From Schizochytrium sp. TIO01 (taxonomy: Eukaryota; Protista; Bigyra: Labyrinthulomycetes), in contig SMSO01000035.1 in NCBI GenBank assembly GCA_004764695.1, forward strand, positions 4,414,040 to 4,478,039: 64,000 bases of DNA. Direction: 5' to 3'. This document shows positions 46,733-57,528 of this stretch, in pieces; the first letter of the stretch is position 1; every line of letters begins with the position of its first letter. The notes beneath the pieces are model-generated. The model ran no database searches. It worked only from the letters and a program-made list of their open reading frames with translations, and was not told where the DNA came from. The position numbers were made by a program, and so were the translations under genes.

Positions 46733-47582
46733 TGAACAAACTCATGGTTTTCATTCTCTTGTTGTTGTTTTTTTCACTTTCCCCATGCGGAATGATATTT
46801 TTCTTTAAAAGAATCAGAATTCCATATTTCTTTTCACTACTACTACTACCTGCACGATTGAGCAAATGCCTGTCTCACTACATCCATACCACGTTCCTGT
46901 CATTACACCTATTTATGCTCACTCCTCTCTCTCCCTTGTATTGTCTCTGCATTTCTATCTTTCTTTGAGGTCCACAAGAAGTCTATTAGGTAATCTATCA
47001 ATAAACAAAATGAGAAAAAGGAAAAAAGACACTAGGTGAAAAACGCAGCGACTTTATACATGTGTCCCTTTAACGGATAGGATCTGTACAGAAGTGCTAT
47101 ACTTGTGTATTCAATTGTGCCTAAGAAGCATTTGCATCACATTTACAAATCTGGCACGTAACGTCTATTAACCATCGCGTATGATAGCCATGGTACCAAC
47201 GCTTAACTAAAGCGGGTTAAGCACAGATATTTGCGCGAATATGAAAAGACAGAACTAGCTAGCTAGCTGATTGTATTGATAATCTAAAATAGTTTACGTA
47301 TGGAAGGAAAAAATAATTATAATAAATTAATAATAATAAAATATATATAGGCACGCCACGGTTGACTACTCCGCAAAGCTGCTCTTTCTGAGCAAAGTCT
47401 CGCCTTATTCAGCAAAAATTTGTCATTCTGATTGGAAAAGGAGGTGTCAAACTAGAAAGCCATCTACTTTGTCAGCCAAGATTAAGAATTTAGGAGGTAT
47501 TGCATGCAAATATTGACGCTCGCCACAAGCCGGGTAAGCCAAGGATTACCCTAGGCGCCCCACTTGACTTGGGAACGACCCG

Positions 47583-49565
47583 ATGGGAGCCGAAGAGGCG
47601 CGGAGGCTCGCTCAAACAGATTTTGCAGATACTGAAGACCACAATGTACCATCAAATAGAGCAAATGCACAAGGAACTCGTGTTTTAAGGGAAAATGATG
47701 AAGCATCTTTTCTAAAAATTGATGTGAGTGCTAGCACCAACGCAGGAGCTCGTCAAATCATGAGTCCCTCCCAACGAAAATATAACATGCATGCTCCAAG
47801 CAGTCCAAAGGATCCAAATTTCAAGAGGAAAAGAACAATTCGTCGCTCCAGCGTGGCTACACAGTCAGGATCTAAAACTGAAAATAAACCTTTAAGCTGT
47901 CCACGATGCGGAAAAGAAGGATTTGAGGATGTACGCGCACTCGGAAAGCATGCTATTTCCTGCAAAGCAAAGTCTGACTCACCAGCCGATGCGAGCAAGA
48001 ATCTCCGTTCTCTAGGAAACGACAGGATGGCAAAATTGATGCACATCAAACGTATGCAGCAACAACATGAAGAAAACGAAAAGTCTAAAGAAGAGCAGGA
48101 AAGGATTGAGCGGGAAATGCAGCTCATTATTAAGATGGAGCGTGCTAGAGCTGAGCGTGATGAGATTTTGCAGAAACAAAGACAAGTTCAAGAGCAGGAG
48201 CGACTTGTACGAGAGGCTGAGGAAGCAAAAACTCGACAAGAAAAAGAAGCTCTTGAAAAGCAAATTCAAGCCAGAGCAGAACAACTGATGGTCGACAGTG
48301 ACAGCGATGATGACAATGACGACGATGCCACCGCAGCTGCAGAGAGGCGAAGGCAACTTGCAGAAAAATTAGCCCTTAAAAAACAAGGAAATGCGAAGTC
48401 CTCCAACAAGGTTCATAGCCATTCTTCACCACAATCACAAAACATACTACCAAAAACTGAAGGTAAGACCCAGGCCCATGCAATAAGTGCACAAATCACG
48501 GCATCAACATCAGACTATACGCAACCACACAGGGAGACAGGGGAGGTTATACCTCTGAATGAAGAAGTAGATTGGCTTGCATCTCCTTATGAGAACGAAG
48601 GATACACTGCCGCTCACATGGCTGCGTACTATAATGACGCAGCTCACATGTTGAAGGTGATTGAACTTGGAGGAGATATCCTATCCCCTGATCCTGAAGG
48701 GAAAACCCCCTTGCACATCTGTGCATTATATGCTCACAATGATTGTCTTGAACTTCTGGTTCAAAAGCTTAAGATGATCCCAGGCGGGTTATCAACCTTA
48801 GATAATGAAGGAATGTCAGCTCTCATGTATGCAGCATGTGTAGATAATTTCACTGGCGTTGCTATGCTTGCTGACGCAAACGAAAGTATCCTAGAGAAGG
48901 CGGACTACAATGGTGATACCGCTCTGCATTATGCAGCTTACTATGGATATAAAGACATTGTTGTGTTACTCCTGCAGCTTGGTGCAGATCCTGATGGCCC
49001 CCCAAACAATGAGAATAAATCACCTGCCGTGATGTGCATGAATGCAGAAATCCTCGACCTTCTCGTGTCACACGGTGCAGACTATTACGGGATTGACAAT
49101 AACGGAAGAAGTATCCTTTTTGCCGCGTGTGCAACAGGCCTCATTGACGTTGTTAAATATCTTGTTGATATCAATCCATTAGAGTCAGATGATGCACAAA
49201 ATCTTTTAAATTACGCTGATTTCAGAGGCGATACCCCATTGCACGCTGCTGCATGCAATGGCCATGCAGAATGTGTTAAACTGCTTCTAGACAAGGGCGC
49301 CAAAACTAATATCCTTAATCATGCACAGCTAAGTGCTGCAACCTTGGCTATCTGTGTCGAGCAACGAGAGTGTTCAGCAATATTTAAGGAGCACGGGATT
49401 GAGGCTCAAGATTTAGATGCTGAATGGGAAGTCGCTGACCCAAACGCACCTGAGCATTGGCAGACATACACAGACGTAGACTCTGGTTATGACTATTACT
49501 ATAACAAGTATACAGGTGAGACAACTTGGGAGAATCCTTACCCAGAAATTTTGTCATCATCATAA
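47583..49565 (+). CDS. Zinc-finger, coiled-coil, ankyrin-repeat and WW domain protein
   Basis: CPRCGK..LGKHAISC; E/K/R-rich coil; ankyrin repeats GYTAAHMAA, GKTPLHICA, GDTALHYAA, GDTPLHAAA; WW domain HWQTYTDVDSGYDYYYNKYTGETTWENP. Confidence 0.9.
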   Translation: MGAEEARRLAQTDFADTEDHNVPSNRANAQGTRVLRENDEASFLKIDVSASTNAGARQIMSPSQRKYNMHAPSSPKDPNFKRKRTIRRSSVATQSGSKTENKPLSCPRCGKEGFEDVRALGKHAISCKAKSDSPADASKNLRSLGNDRMAKLMHIKRMQQQHEENEKSKEEQERIEREMQLIIKMERARAERDEILQKQRQVQEQERLVREAEEAKTRQEKEALEKQIQARAEQLMVDSDSDDDNDDDATAAAERRRQLAEKLALKKQGNAKSSNKVHSHSSPQSQNILPKTEGKTQAHAISAQITASTSDYTQPHRETGEVIPLNEEVDWLASPYENEGYTAAHMAAYYNDAAHMLKVIELGGDILSPDPEGKTPLHICALYAHNDCLELLVQKLKMIPGGLSTLDNEGMSALMYAACVDNFTGVAMLADANESILEKADYNGDTALHYAAYYGYKDIVVLLLQLGADPDGPPNNENKSPAVMCMNAEILDLLVSHGADYYGIDNNGRSILFAACATGLIDVVKYLVDINPLESDDAQNLLNYADFRGDTPLHAAACNGHAECVKLLLDKGAKTNILNHAQLSAATLAICVEQRECSAIFKEHGIEAQDLDAEWEVADPNAPEHWQTYTDVDSGYDYYYNKYTGETTWENPYPEILSSS

Positions 49566-51331
49566 ACCATTGCAATTTCACCTCTCAGAATAACTTTTGA
49601 AGCGTGAACTAATCTACCTTCGTGTGGGCACTTGTGAGGAAATACTAAAAGACGACAAGGTTTGGGAGAAACCACATATAGAGCTACCTCAGGCGTCTTC
49701 AGCGATGCTAGCAGAGCAGTTTCTCCACCACTTTTGTTTGAGAAACTCTCGGTAGGATATACTTCATTGCCATCACCAGAATCGGGATGACCAGAGATCT
49801 GACTCCTGGATGAAATATCATCGTCCCCATGGTCACCTTCGAGATATAAAATAAACGTATGCGTTGAGGTGAGTCCGTCACGATCAGTGCGATGAAGGTC
49901 AATATGTGGAGCAAGGGAAATGCCTGGTGAATAGGTCAGTGTCCGCATTGCTGGATACACACGAAGCAACTTTACATTTTCGAGCTGCTGTAATGCTGAG
50001 GATAGAAGAGCCCGTATCCATCCCTGAGAGTCAAGTAAGTACCGCCGCTCCGCTGCTGGCGGAGCATTGGGGCACATAGCTACTGGTTCGATTGTTTGTG
50101 AGGTCTCTAGCAAATAAGTAGCACACGAACGAGAGCACGCATTGTCAATAACGAAGCTTCCAGCGCCTGGGTGTGCTTTGGACCAAGGAATAGCTGTTTG
50201 AACTTGATAACCTTGCGCAGGTGCCCATGGCGGAGATAGATTGAGTGTCAAGTCTACCTGACTAACGCCCAAATTGCACTGTAGATTTGGGCTTGCACCA
50301 GCATCTAACAGTAGGTTTATGATATGGTGAGCCTGCAGAAGCATCGTCGCCCAAATTAATGCTGTTGCGCCGTGCTGATCTCTAGCGTCTACATCTATCC
50401 CTAAGTCGATAAGAGCGCGAACGCGAGGGGCATCTCCGTCAAGCACCGCATTTAAAAACTTTTCCATGCGCCGATCTTGAGTATCGCCAGGCATTTCATA
50501 TTTGGCAATAGTGGGAGATTGCCGCACAAGTTTTGGCTTGGGAGTGGCGTGTAGAGCTTTGATAAACTTTAGTGGAAGTGCTTCAAACATTTCTAAACTT
50601 TGCCTGCGAATTTCTTCTGGAGCACCAAGTGTCGACAGCGCTGGAGGGGGCTGATCATCGGGCTGATGAATACCACACGATGGACATGAGAGAGCAGAGC
50701 TTTTAGAGTCTTTCCGAGAGCTTGCAGAGAGACTGAGAGCTTGAGCTGTACAGGTTGAACATATTGCATGCAAGCATTGTGGCCATTCTAGTAGGTCGAA
50801 TTCATCTTGTAATATCACCTCACAGCTATCGCAACGGCAAGCAGACTCATCAATCTGACCGGACTGTTTTCCTACTTTGCTCTGTCTTGCGTCGTATGCG
50901 GACTTGAGAAAGGCAGCAATCCAGACTTGGGCGCTCGGGGAGAAAAGACGCACACACTTGGTAAGACTTTGACTCAACTCATCTTCGTATTCAGGCAAGA
51001 TTGATGCTCCACCTTGTAAAATAGCAAACGCAATAGCATCCTGCCCCTCGGATAATGCTTCACGCAGCAGAGAGGTTCGATCCAAGTCGATTTGCATTAG
51101 TTTCCGAATTCCGAAGCGAGCCTGCTGGCCTTTCCTTATGCATGAAAGGAGTTCTTCTTCTTCTTCGGCACTAAGAATAGTCTTGGCACGCTCAGTCTCT
51201 ATCTCGCATGAAACTAGAGATGCATTCTTATTACGAGCTGCCCGTCGCCGAGCTGCTCGAGCACACGTTCTACCGACACCCCCACCTTCGCTAGCTGGGC
51301 GCTCCTTACGAGCCACCCGTCTACCGCCCAT
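49538..51331 (-). CDS. RING-finger, ankyrin and 2OG-Fe(II) oxygenase (prolyl-4-hydroxylase-like) fusion protein
   Basis: CDSC..CLHAICSTC..CPSC (C3HC4-like); ankyrin VRALIDLGIDVDARDQHGATALIWA; MRTLTYSPG..PHID..THTFILYL..GGET..PKPCRLLVFPH..HEG..KVILRGEI (HxD...H...R). Confidence 0.8.
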   Translation of the reverse strand: MGGRRVARKERPASEGGGVGRTCARAARRRAARNKNASLVSCEIETERAKTILSAEEEEELLSCIRKGQQARFGIRKLMQIDLDRTSLLREALSEGQDAIAFAILQGGASILPEYEDELSQSLTKCVRLFSPSAQVWIAAFLKSAYDARQSKVGKQSGQIDESACRCDSCEVILQDEFDLLEWPQCLHAICSTCTAQALSLSASSRKDSKSSALSCPSCGIHQPDDQPPPALSTLGAPEEIRRQSLEMFEALPLKFIKALHATPKPKLVRQSPTIAKYEMPGDTQDRRMEKFLNAVLDGDAPRVRALIDLGIDVDARDQHGATALIWATMLLQAHHIINLLLDAGASPNLQCNLGVSQVDLTLNLSPPWAPAQGYQVQTAIPWSKAHPGAGSFVIDNACSRSCATYLLETSQTIEPVAMCPNAPPAAERRYLLDSQGWIRALLSSALQQLENVKLLRVYPAMRTLTYSPGISLAPHIDLHRTDRDGLTSTHTFILYLEGDHGDDDISSRSQISGHPDSGDGNEVYPTESFSNKSGGETALLASLKTPEVALYVVSPKPCRLLVFPHKCPHEGRLVHASKVILRGEIAMVYDDDKISG

Positions 51332-53221
51332 TATGAATCAGCACAAGAATTTCAACAGGTCCTGAAACTTTTGCCCCTAGTTAGATTTAAAATATTACAG
51401 ACCGCAAAGCTGTTGCTTCCTGGCGGAGAGAGCTGCTGCGTACCTTGCACGGAAATTGACTCAGAATGTTGGTTGAGTATTGTTGTTTGAAGTTGCCAAC
51501 AGGGTGTTTGCGACAATCGTATCAACTGTGAAATAGTGTTGTGAGTGATTGTCAAGCACCGCTTGTTTGACGGGAGAGCGCCTACTGAGTCAAGCAAGAC
51601 AGCAGTGATGAAGACCTACAATTACTTCCTCACCCAAATCAATCTGGGCAGAACCCCTTTTCTGCGAAGTGACTATTGAAGAAAACCTGCTCTTCCCTAA
51701 GTTGTGTATATATTATGAAAGGAGAGCACTGTTCCAGAAAAGAAAGTCCAGGACACCTTGCTTAGCCAGGCTGACAACACAAGAGGAACTGAGCCTTGCG
51801 AGTAGAGAATCACTGCCATCCCCACTCGTTCCTTCACAATCCATCGACATATACTCCTTGCCGCGGTTTGCAGAACCCACTTTACTGCAACCCTTTTCGG
51901 GATAGGTACACACCTCCCTGTTTAACTAAACGAAGAGATAACTCGATTCGTAACGGATTTCTCCTTGAAAGAAAAGCATCTTTCTGGTGCCCATGGAAGT
52001 ATGATCGAAAGGTCATATATCAATATTTCAGTATAGTGCAGGTACACCAAAATCCATTCTAAGGAATAGATCACGGTAGTCAGAGAAGGAAGAGATGCGG
52101 CGGAGTCCAAGTAAAATCCTTTCAAGACTTGAAGGCTTGAATACTCTTTGCGAGAGCACAGAGGTATGACTGATTTTTCACGTACATTGGCACAATTTAC
52201 TTTCCTATGTATCTACTCCCTCTAGTATTTCGTTTACTCTTTCAATAGTTGTAGCTTTAGGTAAACGTTTAGTGCCAACGACTATCTTTGTCAAGTACTA
52301 AGTTTTCAATTTCTTCAGCCGGGAAGCAGGTCCCTTTGTTACAGTGAAGCCAACATGAAAAAAGTCTCGCAGAATTGCTCCCCTCTGTTTACCAACAATG
52401 GCGACTTGTTCTAACTTGCTATCATAGATCAATGAAAAGGTATATTTTGTCGTCCTGAAAGGAAACCGTATTCTTCATTCCCTTTGCCCTTGTGCTCTGG
52501 AAATTTACTATCTCAAAGTGGTGTGCGACAGACGTTGTTAAAGCAAGCACAGATTTCCATAAACAACAGTCATCTCGGTTGTAGTCCTCCGAGTGTGGTG
52601 CGTTGCTGTTATTCGTTTTTTTTTTTAATTCAAGTCACGGTGGTAGGTAGCAGGTATCAACACGCTTTCGGAGGAAAATATTTTTTAATAGTATGTATCT
52701 ATCTATATATCATATATATGTTTGTTTTTTTTATTTTAATATTTACTTTTTTAATTATAATTATAAATATGATGCCAAACTACCTATACTTAAAGAGATA
52801 TGTGGCATACTATTTGTGCCTAGGAGTGTACTGGAATACCTGAGTTCGCGTGAGAAGCAATTCTTTGTTGATTAGTGGCTTCATTTATTGTACAAACCAT
52901 CCTCTCTGCTCACTTGAATAGAGACTTGATCGATTCTTTGCCAGCTGGTTGGGCAACTTATCAGACGGCCTTATACTTTGCAACATTGGTGATAGTCGTG
53001 ATATCGTCGTCACAAAAGAACTTGCTAGCGACAGTGAAGAAGTTCTCCCCTCTGTGAAGTCCTGAGTGCAGTGCTAACACCGGCGTTAAATGTGTATGTA
53101 TGTAAACCAAGTTTGCCAGACAGTCAAGCAACTATAATTTCGAAAGGGGAAAACACTTAATGGTTATCTGAGAGTTGACATCTTCGCACGTGTGAAAGAA
53201 AGAAACCAGCTAGAGAACATC

Positions 53222-55975
53222 ATGATGGAAACAAGCGATCTTGCTCGCGTGGTAGTAATCATTAATTCAAATGCCTTACCTCAAAAGGGCTCAACATTGG
53301 AGCTACTTCGTACAAATGAACTTGATCTAGGCGTCACGTACTCTGTTCTAGATCTGAAAGAAGACGGCAGCATTGATGGTAAGGTTGATTTCGCAGATCT
53401 CATTATCTCCAGTGAAGTATCATTGTGCACATCACCAGCTATCATGGATACTCCAGTTTTTTTACTAGTCTCTGATACTACCAAAGAGGGCGACTATATC
53501 GCGCAAGGAGCGGCAGACATCATGTCGGACACTGTGGACCCAAGACTGTTGTATCGACGGGTGGATAACTTACTTGAGCGAATGAATTTACATCACAAAC
53601 TTAAGTCCCGGGCGCCCCTGCAAAGACAAAGATCAAGCAGCACACTTAAAGCTCGGCGCCCAAGCGAAACAGCTATTTCAAACGAAACCGCACTAGCTCG
53701 GAAAACTGTTTTTGGAGCTCTTCAAGAAGCCATTGGGAAACATGTCAACACTTTTGCTAGGAAATTTGACGGTCAAGATAAATTGTATGAAAGCAGGCCT
53801 ATGTCTTCTGGGGTAAATCCAGATATCGATCATGCCTTTAAGGCGGTCTCCTCCCAGGAAGGATTTTCCAATAACCTCGCAGGAGACGAGGATGCAGATG
53901 TCGAAGGCCGCAGTCCGAGCATGCGAAATATTCTTGACATTGCTAATGACGACAATGAGTTGGACTTGCTCACGAAAGACACAGAGTATGAACTTGGACC
54001 CGCTCGATCTTTTGGTGCTTCGAGTTCGTGTTCATCAGTAGACTCAGGTCATATTCCATCTCATCCAGCAGAAACGGAGCTTGACTACTTGAGAAGAAGA
54101 TCTGTGAAGCTGAGCTACCAATTAAGTTTGCAAAAGGCAGAGACCAAAAGACTTTTACGGACAGAGGAAATGGTTCAGAAATTCCGCTCAGACCTTGGTC
54201 GAGTATCTGATCTCTTGAATGACTACGAAAGTAACACAGTTGAGACGACAGGTAAATCAAAGACAGAAGCACAATATCTCTACAGTACCATCCGAGAGAT
54301 CCAACGCGTTGTTGCAAAGCAGCATGGCACGTTTGAGGATGTCGAAGTTGATACAAGCACTAAAAAATGGCTGGATAGTACATTTTATACTCAGGAAACC
54401 GGCATTGAACTTTCCAAGGATGAGAACGAGCCGGATCGTGACGATAATAGCCATAAAACAGCATCAACCATAAATGAAGAGGAATCAAAAACGCAAACAG
54501 ACTCATCTGTTTACTCCGCTACAGGGCGGCGCAGCCCAATGGCAAGCCCATTGTCTCCCATGAGCCCCCACTCTCCTGGAGGATTTTTGCCTGTAAAAGA
54601 GCATGAGGTTGGATTTGCTGAAAACACGAGGCCGCTCTCACCAGGCAGTTGCAGTCTCACAACAATCTTGCATCGCTCCTCTGTACACACATGCACCATG
54701 CGTTGGACTAAAGTATTTCGTGCAGCTGGTCAAGATGCTCTGCGTGAGCATGCTGCCAGCTCTCCTTTAGCTATTAAGGACCTTTCTCAAAGTGAATCAT
54801 GCCGTTCCTCCCTTGCTCAAACATTTGTCGAAGCGGTTATTCGATGTGAAGACGAATGGGATGTGTGGAAGCTCGGAGAAATACACATGATGGCAGACGC
54901 TTACGAAATGCTTCAGCAATTCGGCATGACCGACATCTTTGGTGTCAGGCAAACTTCCTTCAAATCCTTTTTCACCTTTTTAAGCAACGGATACCGGGCC
55001 AAGAACCCTTACCACAACTTATTCCATGGCTATGATGTAATGAAGACGACCTTTTTTCTGCTGGAAGTTTGTGGTCTAGCTCAAGGCCTACCAAATTTAT
55101 CAGGGTACTCTGTTCTTGTCGCTGCTCTAGGACATGATGTAGGACACCCAGGATTGAATAACGTTTTTCAGATCAAAGCAAGCACTGACTTGGCCCTTCG
55201 TTATAACGATAATTCTGTTCTAGAGAACTACCACGCTGCAATTGTCTTTCGTTGTTTTCGCAAGGGTAATGATGAAATGTATGGCAATTTAGACCTTGTC
55301 GGTCGCAGAGAAATGAGAAAAATTATTGTAGAATCTATCTTGGCGACAGATGTAAGTAAGCATGTAAAAATGCTGAAGGTTGTCAATGAAGGAAGTACAG
55401 ATCACCTGCTTCAGCTCAAACTTTTACTCTGCGTGGCAGATGTCTCTAATCCGTTTAAACCGACTAGAATTGCAGCCTCTTGGACAAACCGAGTTAATGA
55501 AGAATTCTTCCTGCAAGGCGATGAAGAAAGACGTAGACGCATGGAGATTTCACCTTACTGTGATCGACAACAGGGTGTGAGTGCTAAAGCTTCTCTCAAT
55601 TTTATCAACTTTATTGTTAATCCTGTGCTCGAAGCCGCCAAGTCAATGTTTCCCACCCATGAAACAAATATGCAGGTTCTCCTAGACGTTCTTGGAGAAG
55701 AAATTGCTCGTCTTAAAGCTCTAATGCATGAAGAAACTCGTGGTCACAACAATCCTGACCTTGCCGACACTCGCCTGCAGGAAGTAAGCGAAGGGGTAGA
55801 AACATCTCAGCATCGTCCACTTAGGAGTTCAAGGTCCCCGCCCCCCAGCATTGTGCGTTCCGTGAAAAAGCTCCCTCCTATTAAAAGTTTGTCTCCCCAG
55901 CTTGGATTAGACGGTAAAAAGCGCAAGGAGCTCCAAAGGCGACTCGAAGCAGCTTATGGACAACCGATGCCATGA
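53222..55975 (+). CDS. Class I 3',5'-cyclic nucleotide phosphodiesterase with degenerate N-terminal receiver-like domain
   Basis: NPYHNLFHGYDV, HDVGHPGLNN, YNDNSVLENYH, ILATD, ADVSNP, EEFFLQGDEE; N-terminal TPVFLL..GAADIMSD..LYRRVDNLL is REC-like. Confidence 0.9.
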   Translation: MMETSDLARVVVIINSNALPQKGSTLELLRTNELDLGVTYSVLDLKEDGSIDGKVDFADLIISSEVSLCTSPAIMDTPVFLLVSDTTKEGDYIAQGAADIMSDTVDPRLLYRRVDNLLERMNLHHKLKSRAPLQRQRSSSTLKARRPSETAISNETALARKTVFGALQEAIGKHVNTFARKFDGQDKLYESRPMSSGVNPDIDHAFKAVSSQEGFSNNLAGDEDADVEGRSPSMRNILDIANDDNELDLLTKDTEYELGPARSFGASSSCSSVDSGHIPSHPAETELDYLRRRSVKLSYQLSLQKAETKRLLRTEEMVQKFRSDLGRVSDLLNDYESNTVETTGKSKTEAQYLYSTIREIQRVVAKQHGTFEDVEVDTSTKKWLDSTFYTQETGIELSKDENEPDRDDNSHKTASTINEEESKTQTDSSVYSATGRRSPMASPLSPMSPHSPGGFLPVKEHEVGFAENTRPLSPGSCSLTTILHRSSVHTCTMRWTKVFRAAGQDALREHAASSPLAIKDLSQSESCRSSLAQTFVEAVIRCEDEWDVWKLGEIHMMADAYEMLQQFGMTDIFGVRQTSFKSFFTFLSNGYRAKNPYHNLFHGYDVMKTTFFLLEVCGLAQGLPNLSGYSVLVAALGHDVGHPGLNNVFQIKASTDLALRYNDNSVLENYHAAIVFRCFRKGNDEMYGNLDLVGRREMRKIIVESILATDVSKHVKMLKVVNEGSTDHLLQLKLLLCVADVSNPFKPTRIAASWTNRVNEEFFLQGDEERRRRMEISPYCDRQQGVSAKASLNFINFIVNPVLEAAKSMFPTHETNMQVLLDVLGEEIARLKALMHEETRGHNNPDLADTRLQEVSEGVETSQHRPLRSSRSPPPSIVRSVKKLPPIKSLSPQLGLDGKKRKELQRRLEAAYGQPMP

Positions 55976-56064
55976 TACAATGTACGCCATATACCTTCCC
56001 AAAATAAGGTTTAGTTTCACCTGCTACACTACTCGTAAAACGTGTGCACACATGAGCTGCCTTG

Positions 56065-56703
56065 TCAACCAATAAGAGCTGGCTGGTCTTTGAACTCTGA
56101 GATGGTGACGTGACGGACTTCCTCAAATTCATCCAAAGCAAGAATGTCGTCATCTGTTGGGATTGCTGAGAGACTTCCTTCTTCTTCACTAATGTCAACA
56201 TTCCATATTCTTCCTGTTATGGAAGGATTCTGTTGACGTTTTCCAAGTAACTCTTCCGCAATGCGAGGCCACTCAATAAAGCAAATGTCCCGTCTTAAAA
56301 GAGCCTCATCCCACTCGAAGGCCTCCTCTTCTGCACGTGTAATTTCTTGTAACCTATACAGATCGTAATGCCGTAGAAGAGCTCCTTTACAAGCTTCACT
56401 CGCTAATGCTGGGCCATAAACTAATTCGAGCAGGAAGGTTGGTGATGGGACAGGTAATGAAGAGTCCTCCATAGCAGCGCGAATGGCTCCTCGTGCAAAG
56501 ACGCTTTTTCCGCCTCCCACATCGCTCTGAAGGAGCACCACATCTCCAGCTCGAAGCCAGTCACGAAGGAACCAAGCTCCTAAGCTCTCCATGTCCTCGG
56601 TAGATTTAATTGCGCCTTCCCATACTGCTGTTCTTCTGCCTCGTGAGTCTCCTGTGCAAAGTCTACGGAACGGTACTCGAGCGATTATCCTTGACGTAAG
56701 CAT
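56065..56703 (-). CDS. tsaE: TsaE (YjeE) ATPase of tRNA t6A biosynthesis, with N-terminal mitochondrial-like presequence
   Basis: GDVVLLQSDVGGGKSVFARG (Walker A), VPSPTFLL..Y, HYDLYRL, IEWP; N-terminus MLTSRIIARVPFRRLC is Arg-rich and lacks acidic residues. Confidence 0.88.
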   Translation of the reverse strand: MLTSRIIARVPFRRLCTGDSRGRRTAVWEGAIKSTEDMESLGAWFLRDWLRAGDVVLLQSDVGGGKSVFARGAIRAAMEDSSLPVPSPTFLLELVYGPALASEACKGALLRHYDLYRLQEITRAEEEAFEWDEALLRRDICFIEWPRIAEELLGKRQQNPSITGRIWNVDISEEEGSLSAIPTDDDILALDEFEEVRHVTISEFKDQPALIG

Positions 56704-57528
56704 GTTGGTGGTGGCGAAGCAATTCCAGCAAAGAGTGAGTGAGTTGCTTTGAAAAGGTGAAGACAAATCAGCTTCACGTCGCGGGCTAAAGTAACCTGAT
56801 AAACTAGATGTTATCTTTCTAATTGATTTGAATGCGTGTGGTTCTTCTTAGTGAGTTTCTTGGCTAGGCGTTTCTGCTTTCTCGTGAGTTGCAGCGTTGA
56901 AGGACTACTTCAAGTTATATCCTTGATTTGATTTTTAACTTTATTAATTTAAAATGGTTTTTTAAATAGTTTTCCTTAGCTAGGCTCAATCTTACTAGAA
57001 ACCAGTAACTAGGCTACTCTCTGATTTTCATTAGTGTTGAACTTGTATGAACACTTCCACTTGGATAGAAACTCATGTAAATACAGATCAGAGTTTTAAT
57101 GGTCCGACTCGCTGCAGCATTTTGATCCAATGTTATTTGTCAACTTAATAATAAACGAGTACTATCAATTTGCAATTCGTAGAGTTCAACTACGACCACT
57201 TCACTGCAAGTCCTCTATATTTTAAAAAATGAAACTGATTAAAAATAACAAGCCACATCAAGCCAAAAAACACACATTTAAATACCTACCATAGGTCGGT
57301 ATAGTGAGACCATAAGGAAATCAGAAGGGAAAGGATGACAATTGTATTTTCTTTTCTAATTCCACGCATGAAAATGAGAGAGTCAGACACACCAAGAATT
57401 CAAAAAGAGTTGCAGTTTCTGAGTAAACTATCATCCGTTTATTTTTTACTTGTCTTGGAAGACAACAATATTTGCTTTTCATTTCATTTTCTAAAAATGA
57501 TAAGAAGTCTAGATTTCATCAAAGAAAT

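Noticed and set aside
51350-52600. Possible retroelement relic between the oxygenase and PDE genes
   Set aside because: No RT, RNase H or integrase motif could be read convincingly in any frame
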